DNA of 63,265 bases, filler included, from Choristocarpus tenellus KU-1152 (taxonomy: Eukaryota > Protista > Phaeophyceae), in NCBI GenBank assembly GCA_964200185.2. It is 8 parts of 8 records of this genome, joined end to end, with 100 filler letters (N's around TTAATTAATTAA, not from the genome) between each part and the next. Parts side by side here need not be neighbours in the genome. Positions count along the whole stretch, not along the records: positions 50,242 to 58,018 come from CAXNAD020005595.1; positions 58,119 to 63,265 come from CAXNAD020011718.1; 6 more parts are not named here. The stretch is one strand, 5' to 3'. This document shows positions 51,559 to 63,265 of this stretch, one piece after another. Both the position numbers and the translations under genes were made by a program. The stretch's first letter is position 1. Each line of letters begins with the position of its first letter. A model generated the notes under the pieces. It did not search any database. It was not told the origin of the DNA and saw only the letters and a list, made by a program, of their open reading frames with translations.

Positions 51559-52915
51559 GAACGCAATGTGGTTGTATTTTGCGCAAGTACTGTGTGCTAT
51601 CCCTCATGTATAGTTGAATATGTGCCTTTTCATAGTATTACTGGTGGGAGCTGTCTGCATTGCTGAAATCTTAAACCTGAGTTGATGAAAGCCAGTCAAG
51701 TAGAGGGATGTTTGGCAGCATTATTGGAGCAGGATGGACTATACTACATTAGATTGGTTTAATATTTTTTGGGATAAAGGAGAAATTAGCAGTTGTATGG
51801 AGGATCGTGCTTACTGAGAGTATTATACTCATTAATGTGAGTAATATGCGCAAGAATTGTATATACAGTGAAAGTGTGCATTTCAAGGGCAGTGGAGCTG
51901 TCTGTGATGCTGGAAGTCTATGGGCAGCTGTACATGGGGGAATGGTGATTCATGGATTGGGTGGGTATCACCCTTTGGCCATCCTAGCACTCTGGAAGCA
52001 GATGTGTGAAGGGGTCAGGGTTTGCATTATACTTTCCCTATAGAGTTCTATTTCAGCTCAGGCTTCCATCCACATGTCAAGGTGCTAGCAAGGTTGCTTG
52101 CCTCTTGAGTGGCACCTTGCTTACTTCGCAATCCACTCTAACCCGCATGTGACCTGATAATCTGTATTGACCCCAAATACATTTATTATGTCGGAGTTTC
52201 TCAAAAATCAGCTTTGGACACATATACATACTGGATAACGATTATCATGACACCAAGAGTCTGACAGGTGGGTCTGCCAGCCACAGTTGATGGGTGGCTC
52301 CACCCCAGCAGTCAGTCCTATCAGGTTTGAATTGGAGAGTCCTCTTTTCTTGTGTGCACTATCACTCTAGGGTAGGGAAAATCTTTAGGTACTCAGTACA
52401 ATTGGTTTCCTAATCACAACATAAAAAAAAACACAATTCACACACACAAAGCAGATCAGGTCCAAAACCATCTACTACAGAGTATCTAGACATTAAAGCA
52501 GCAGCCAGCTCTTGCACACCAAGAACAGAACCAGATTTAACTATTATTTCAGTCATGGCCTCTCCGAGAGATGAAGACATCGCTTACCTCCCTCAGCAAC
52601 CTGCACCTCCCCTTCTCCCACCTTGCTTCACTTTACACACCCGAGGCAGCAACATTTTTTTTTGCATTCAGTTCAATGACACAAAAGTCTTAGGACTGTT
52701 CTGCCATCCTGGCATGGGTCACACCAGTACAAAAGCATCCATTTTCTGGAAGACCTACCGATGATGACCTGTAGCAAACAAAATATGTGCACCAGCTTTA
52801 AAGACCAGAAACCTCAACCATCCTCAGAAAACTGAAGTGTGTGATGCCCTATGCCCTTGCACATCTGCCTCCTCCTACCCGCTGCCTGCCTACATGGTTG
52901 ATCTGTCCCTCTTGA

Positions 52916-56976
<4,061 letters not shown>

Positions 56977-57268
56977 GGTTAAGGCTGCGACCAATCTTCA
57001 GGTCGGCGTTGTGAGATACGATCAAAATAGTAGGGAAGAGTTGGACGGTCGGACGGCTGGTGGTACATGAAATCAATGAAGCCATCGTAACACCACACTA
57101 CCCTTCACTCTCCACTCATACACCTACAACTTCTAGCTTGTGTCCAAATTTGAAAGAGAAGAATGACCAAGACCCACCAAAGAAAACAGTCATCTCCATA
57201 CAGACTCTACCTGGTTGAACGCCCCGTAATCAGAATTAGTGACGCGAAGCGCCTCTCTCGTCCACCTA

Positions 57269-57316
57269 TACTACTACATATACTACTACTACTACTACCA
57301 CTACTATACTACTAAT
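57269..57316. repeat. (ACT)n microsatellite upstream of aroB
   Basis: Direct reading, imperfect. Confidence 0.8.
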
Positions 57317-58018
57317 AATACGAAAAGAACGGCACCTATTATTACTGCTACTACTGAGTGAGCGACTGACGAGAACTGTAATGACGGCCTCTGCTAAAGC
57401 TCAAAAAGAGGACTTGAAGCATCTACTCTTTATTTAGGGAGAAGGTGAAGCTTCAACGCAATCCTCATTCCTACCCAACCATAAGAATCCATACGAATTC
57501 ATAACTCCAAAAACTGATCAACAGCTCTTAATCGACCAGTGACACATCGTACGATAATCTAGCACCTACGTGCTTGATTGCTTGAAGGATGCGGGAGGCA
57601 GCATGTTGTTTTCTTGACTGCTGTAGTCCCTACCTAACAAGCTTTACAGAAGGAATATATACCATATACTTCTATACGTACTTTATGACAACGAAACGTT
57701 CTCCCACCCATAGATGTCATTTTTTTTCATTTTATCACTCAGTATTCTACTGGCTAGTAGTAGGTATTGTTTCGGAGAAGGACATTTCGGACACAGCAGC
57801 AGTATTTTGTGAACAAGGAGGCAGAGCATGCATAATATGTTGTTTACTACACAATTCCAACGAACACCCCACCACGAAGCAAAGAACTGGAAAGTGCGTC
57901 ATAGGTACCTGTTGTTCATTATACTTTGATGCTCTCCTACTATACTATGTGTATATTATGTGTAGGTAATCTAGAAGAAGTGGTGAGGGGTTTGCCAGGA
58001 GTCTGTAAGGCCCCCCAC

Positions 58019-58118
58019 NNNNNNNNNNNNNNNNNNNNNNNNNNNNNNNNNNNNNNNNNNNNTTAATTAATTAANNNNNNNNNNNNNNNNNNNNNNNNNN
58101 NNNNNNNNNNNNNNNNNN
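58019..58118. other. Artificial contig spacer
   Basis: N44-TTAATTAATTAA-N44. Confidence 0.98.
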
Positions 58119-58145
58119 TGTTTTTTGGTGGGGGGGGGGGGGGGA

Positions 58146-58180
<35 letters not shown>

Positions 58181-59085
58181 GGAGGACACCTGAGTGGTAA
58201 GGAGTATGTGAACATTGACATTTGCTACCCCCATTTCCAGCAGAATAAACAATATGCTGTGGAGCAGGGGTGTGGTTATTATTCAGGGGTAAGCTCCCAA
58301 CTCTGCAAAAACAAAGAGTATACATCAATCATTCTTCTCCCCACATCCCATCGACTTTCAAAACATGAATAGCACCAATTACACAATTACCCCCAGGAAC
58401 GCAACACAATGGTATAATCAAACGTTATGTGAAGCAGAAGTGCCCCTGTATTAAAGTGAACACAACCCTATTGTACTAGCCTCACACTGCATGGTACAGT
58501 GCAAGATCCTATGTGATACATGCCTACCTACCTACCTACAAGAAGCATGATCAACAATCCTTATAATCATCCCATCGTCATTATTTTGACAGTACAAGGG
58601 GACGCATTTTGGCCTGAATAGGAATAGGCTCCCACCAGTGCTCAACCTACACCTATGATACTCCAATTTGACGGAAGGGTACAAGATAATGCTAACGTGT
58701 AGTTTGCTCATGGGGCATTGGGTGTGGATGGGAGGGTGACAAAATACTCATCATCATGAGTTTGAGAGGGGTGGGGCACTGATGAGATGGAAAATCAGCA
58801 TTTGGCTGCTATCAGAATAGGTTAATCAGAATTTGTTCAGTCACACTTCAAAGACAATCAAACGTACTGCATTTGCTGCCAAGTGACTTCTGCAACAACA
58901 GTTAAATTGGAAGTAAATAACAAGGAAGGGGTGAGAATTAGGATTGTGTCATAAATGAACTACTTTGGCATCTAATGAAAAGATGTACTCTGGAACTTCT
59001 AACTGATGTACAAACACGCGGACACACACACACACAAAACTATAAAATTACAAACATTATTCCTCTGATTTCCGGACTATCTTAC

Positions 59086-62000
59086 CGGCTATTGGGAGGC
59101 AGTGAGCTCTGAAGAACCGAGATGGTTGGACCCATCCAGGACTCTGCAATCACTAAATTCAAAAAGAGGAGGAACATCGATGTGTAGAATCCAGGAGCCA
59201 CCAGCACCAAAACAAATAGTAACACCCCCAGGAAAGCTCCTATTGAAGGCACAAACAGGGGTGCGCGTCCCTCGCCACTCTTTGCCCACCTTTTCCCACA
59301 TATCATTTTTCATGGGGGTTAGAAGAGGGGGGAAGGGCAAGTTTGAGATTTCTTTGTACTTCTATCCCAGTTTCAGGCTGAAGCTAGATGCACGGAGCAG
59401 GCAGAACAGAACAAACAAATCACCATCCCTCCAACCTCCCCCCTCAAGATTCCACCAATGGCGTCTTTCTTGGACGGAGTAATGAAGTGTGGAATGATCA
59501 CAAGGGTGTGCGCATGCAATGCGATGTAATGCACTCAGGAGTATTCTAGTACGGAAGCAATATCAACTCAAAATACCAACCCCCCGCAACTGACAAAATA
59601 TCAGAGTGGGTCACACCACAAGCATTGCTAAGCACAACAGTGGGATTGACCCACAAGAGCATATTCACTGGCCTCTGTCCACTGTTCTAAAGTCTGTTCA
59701 TGTTTTGACATCAATCAAGCGATAATGATGGGTACAGTTGGTTACAACGTCTAAGTAACTAATATGGGACACCATCACTAGAAGTACAAAGCCACCAACG
59801 TTTTAAAATTTTCGACAGATCAACCCCATGGCACGCTTTCTGCAGCAAAGCCCGTGATGTGGAGTGGAGGTACAAAGAGACAGATATAATCTTGTGGAGT
59901 ATGTGGCAAATTAGGTTAGTATATCAACATCTCCACAAAATCAGACACCGGACCACGGCCTAGCAAAATACTTGAACCATCACTTCCTAGTCCCTGCATA
60001 CTCCCCAACCACACACTGCACCAATCTTCATTGTTCTCGTTGACTCCATTTTAGGGACCCCTGACAACGTTACCATGATATCCTCCCATGGTAGTGGGAG
60101 ATGGACCTTCTATCCTCTCATAGAGGAACAGAGTCAGGAGAGTAAAACAGTCATGGCTTGAAACCAAGGCCTCTCTGGTTTCATCAATATATTTATATAT
60201 ATATTGTAGTACCACTGCTGATCCGTGGGCCATCACCCCCAATACCTGTAGTCGGATGTACGTCAATCTTGGGTGATTCATGGTTTTGGGAGTCTTTCCT
60301 CCTTGTAGGTAGGTACCCCCTTCCGATTTTCAGCTCCTGATCAAGGCTCAAAAACCCTTCATACGTGGTTTCCATTGTGGTTGGCGTGTTCAGAAGCCCC
60401 TTATCCAATGCTCAATGCTGGGTGAATTCAGAGATCCCAGCTATTGACACCAAACTATGGTTTGTGCTCCAGACACAGTACCTCACTTCACTATCCCAAC
60501 CACTAAACACGCCTTCCTGTTGTCCTAACCACAATCGCCATGTACTGCCAGCCAACCCTCTACTGCCTCCTCTAGATCCTCCTTGACCAGACCCCAATAC
60601 CCATAGCCTCTTCCGTTGCCACTACCCCTCCTTGGTTGCTTGCTTTTGCCTCCCTTCTTCCTGGGACTCATGGCCTATCCTACCAAAATTAAAACGCCTT
60701 GCTGCCAGACCTAGTTGGGGGGCAGGAGCTCATGTTGGGAGGGCCCCCACATTACCGGCAAGTTATACACCCTGCTTCTTGCTGATGTCCTCACCCCCCT
60801 CAACCTGTGCCCCTGCTCTGTTACTGGGGTTGTTGTTCACCAAGGTTATGCTAAGAATACACCTTTCACCTTTTCTACACCAACCCCAACCGTAACTATC
60901 ATGACAAGCCTGGAGAACTTGGTATGGCATGTATCAGACCGTGTTCACACAAGGCCCAAACCTCATACATCATTAAATACGAAATTTTGCGTTATAGAGT
61001 GCTCTTTTATAATGAGTAGTTTGGGCATTAGCAAACAGACACAGGTGGAAGGAATTTACATGTCACAACACTTTCGAACATTTGATGGTTGCAATTGGGT
61101 GGGCGAGGGCACTAGCACATTTAATGACCAACTGTCACCTTTAACTTCACAGCTTTACAAGCAACTTGGAATAAGCACAAAGTGGAAGACTCCACAAGCT
61201 GATTTCAAGAATAGCACTACATCCAATACACACAACAATAAAAGCAATCAAATGTGTATGTACTCAGAGTAATATATTCGTATGTACACATGTATGTACT
61301 ACACTGCTTATCCGGCAAGAAAGAATGAAACATAACAATACAGCACATTCCGCATCCACTTCGCCTGGGCCTTGTCCTGAACATATACTTCAAATAAAGA
61401 ATGGTCTTGGTCTGGGCACTGCACAAATACATGTGGTGACATCATCATACTCTAATCTCTTCAACATACCAATTTGGCACTCTTGTTGATCGGCAACGAC
61501 ACACACACCACAAGAGTAGTATAGCTGTAAAGAAAAACGCACCAACGAATGTGTATGTATCCACGATACTTAGACGGGACAGTAAACACTCTCAAAATGT
61601 ACACATACATAAAAACACACCAAACAAACATCAACACAACACACGTGATACACACACACAAACCTGTCGGATATTAGCCCCCCCATCAAGGATGAAATCG
61701 CACAACCTACAGACAACACGGCGGCGTTCAAGTAGCTGTAGGCAGTGATGTAGTCCGGGTATTTCTCCTCATAGAACATGGGAAGAAAGGAAAAAAGCAC
61801 ATAGCCGCCTGCGAACCGAATAGCACATCCTGCCAGCAACACCTTGAGTAGGGGCTGACAAAAGATGGACTGGAAGCTTTTCTTGCACATTTATGTTTTT
61901 TGTTGGTGGAACATGTTCAGGTACAAGAGGAAGGAAGGTGTTGGGGGCAGGGGCAGGAGGTCAAACATAAGGTACATAAAAAGAGGACCGGATCGGAGTA

Positions 62001-63004
62001 CAACTGCGAAGCCCAGACTTTGAGGGTAAACTATGATATGATACAATGTGTCACACAATGGAGGGAGTTGATCCTGTAGGCTGAATTTGATGTATTGGAA
62101 ATGAAAGTACAATTAGATAGTCTACTTGTGAAAATGTGGTACTATGTCTGTTTTATCCTTATTACTATTATCATCATTGTTATTACGTGGTACTAATCTG
62201 GGCATATGACCAATGGATGACCCTCTAAACTCTGTCCGATTGAACAGGAATTTGAGTGAGACAAAATTGTGTGTTTTACTACAACCCTAACCTTGGGAAG
62301 AAAAACCCCTGAAACTTTGAGGTACAACTTAGTAATTGATGGTAGATGGTTGTGAAATCCCATTAACAAAAGATCGGAAGAAATGGTGCATCAGAACAGA
62401 AACTCAAGAAATGGTTTTAGGATGTAGTGCAGGGTTATTTACAATACAAAATCAAGAACAGTAATTTTATTTTTATTGTTCTTTAAAAAATATATTTCTG
62501 CATCCATCTGCTGTTCGTTTCTCACTCGCCTATTGATAACACCAACAGTATATTACTTAAGGTGTTGAATAGCTTAGCGGATGAAAGGCTTGATGAAAAT
62601 TTGTTATATGAGTACTTGTATCAGCACACACAACGTGAGGACAACACTAGTTTATTCAACATACTTCAGGAACCAAAACAGAAAAATCGCTGCACTTCTT
62701 GAAAGAGTTCATAAAAATCCACCTTTCAAGTTTTATTTAAAAAACAAAAATATATCGACAGTTGAAGTAAGCAAGCCAGCAAACATCACCTTTCAGCCGT
62801 CGTCAAATATTCCTCTTTTGGTTGCAAGCAGCTTGTAGACCGAGGAGGCTCTTTCACAAAGATCACCATCAGCACGACTAGCAGAAACCCAAAGCCCGCC
62901 ACTGTGAAGTAGGTATTACGCCACCCTATGGTAGTGGCCACGACTAAGCTCAGGGAACTCAGGGCTAAGCCAATGAATAGGCCTAGAGCGTAGGTCCCAT
63001 TGGC
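59086..63004 (-). CDS. Major facilitator superfamily transporter, spinster-like, internal fragment
   Basis: Exons about 62790-63004 (ANGTYALG...IGWRNTYFTVAGFG...VKEPPR), about 61664-61882 (RFAGGY...FLP.FY...GGLISDR), 59086-59289 (AESWMGPTISVLQ..LPP); possible further exon near 58190-58256. One small exon may be missed. Confidence 0.85.
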
Positions 63005-63265
63005 CTACACGAACATGTGTACAAAACGATAGCCCACCCGCAGTGAATGGGTCTGAAGGTAGAGTCTTGTGACTTTGACATCAATAATGAGGGGGTATGA
63101 GATGAGAGGTTGCAGAATGAACGCATCTCATTGGCTGAATGTGTGACAGTCTTGGCACATTGTACTGCTTATGTACTGTACAAAAATTAAAAGTTATTAT
63201 TTTTTCTCGTTCCTAGCTCCGCACCATTATGCCCTACCACCACCACCCCCCCGCCTCCACCACTC

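Noticed and set aside
57381-57437. First exon of a gene divergent from aroB
   Set aside because: The frame closes at TAG after 18 codons, before the nearby donor-like site.
58128-58185. G-quadruplex-like poly-G tract (also near 37764, 37921, 42560, 50080)
   Set aside because: Confined to contig ends, so probably low-quality or dark-cycle base calls.

Overview
Eukaryotic, intron-rich nuclear DNA, not prokaryotic. The window is eight separate contigs (1-9861, 9962-21837, 21938-28633, 28734-37820, 37921-42581, 42682-50141, 50242-58018, 58119-63265) joined by an artificial 100-nt spacer (N44-TTAATTAATTAA-N44), so adjacency across spacers means nothing. Two proteins have bipartite signal-plus-Phe plastid presequences, and there are TTAGGG motifs and a Zn(II)2Cys6 factor. 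Together these point to a photosynthetic stramenopile, probably a brown alga or relative (inference). Genes reconstructed by hand: a giant fibronectin-III protein (12 exons, partial), a plastid DUF1295 protein head-to-head with an orphan gene, a Zn2Cys6 factor, one XRN2-like exon, a tandem PhoD-like protein with degenerate catalytic motifs, a WD40 C-terminus, a complete plastid 3-dehydroquinate synthase and a spinster-like MFS transporter. Mobile DNA: a 256-260 bp MITE family, three pogo/Tigger-type deletion derivatives, a hAT-type element, two Copia gag relics and a CRE-like non-LTR relic. Best leads for something undescribed: (i) a pogo family with a PHD-like finger, CENP-B HTH and PIP box whose amplified copies lack the DDE core; (ii) convergent TTAGGG/CCCTAA micro-tracts in introns; (iii) the PhoD pseudo-enzyme; (iv) frequent AAG acceptors and GC donors. 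None was checked against databases, and no CRISPR, rRNA or tRNA was seen.
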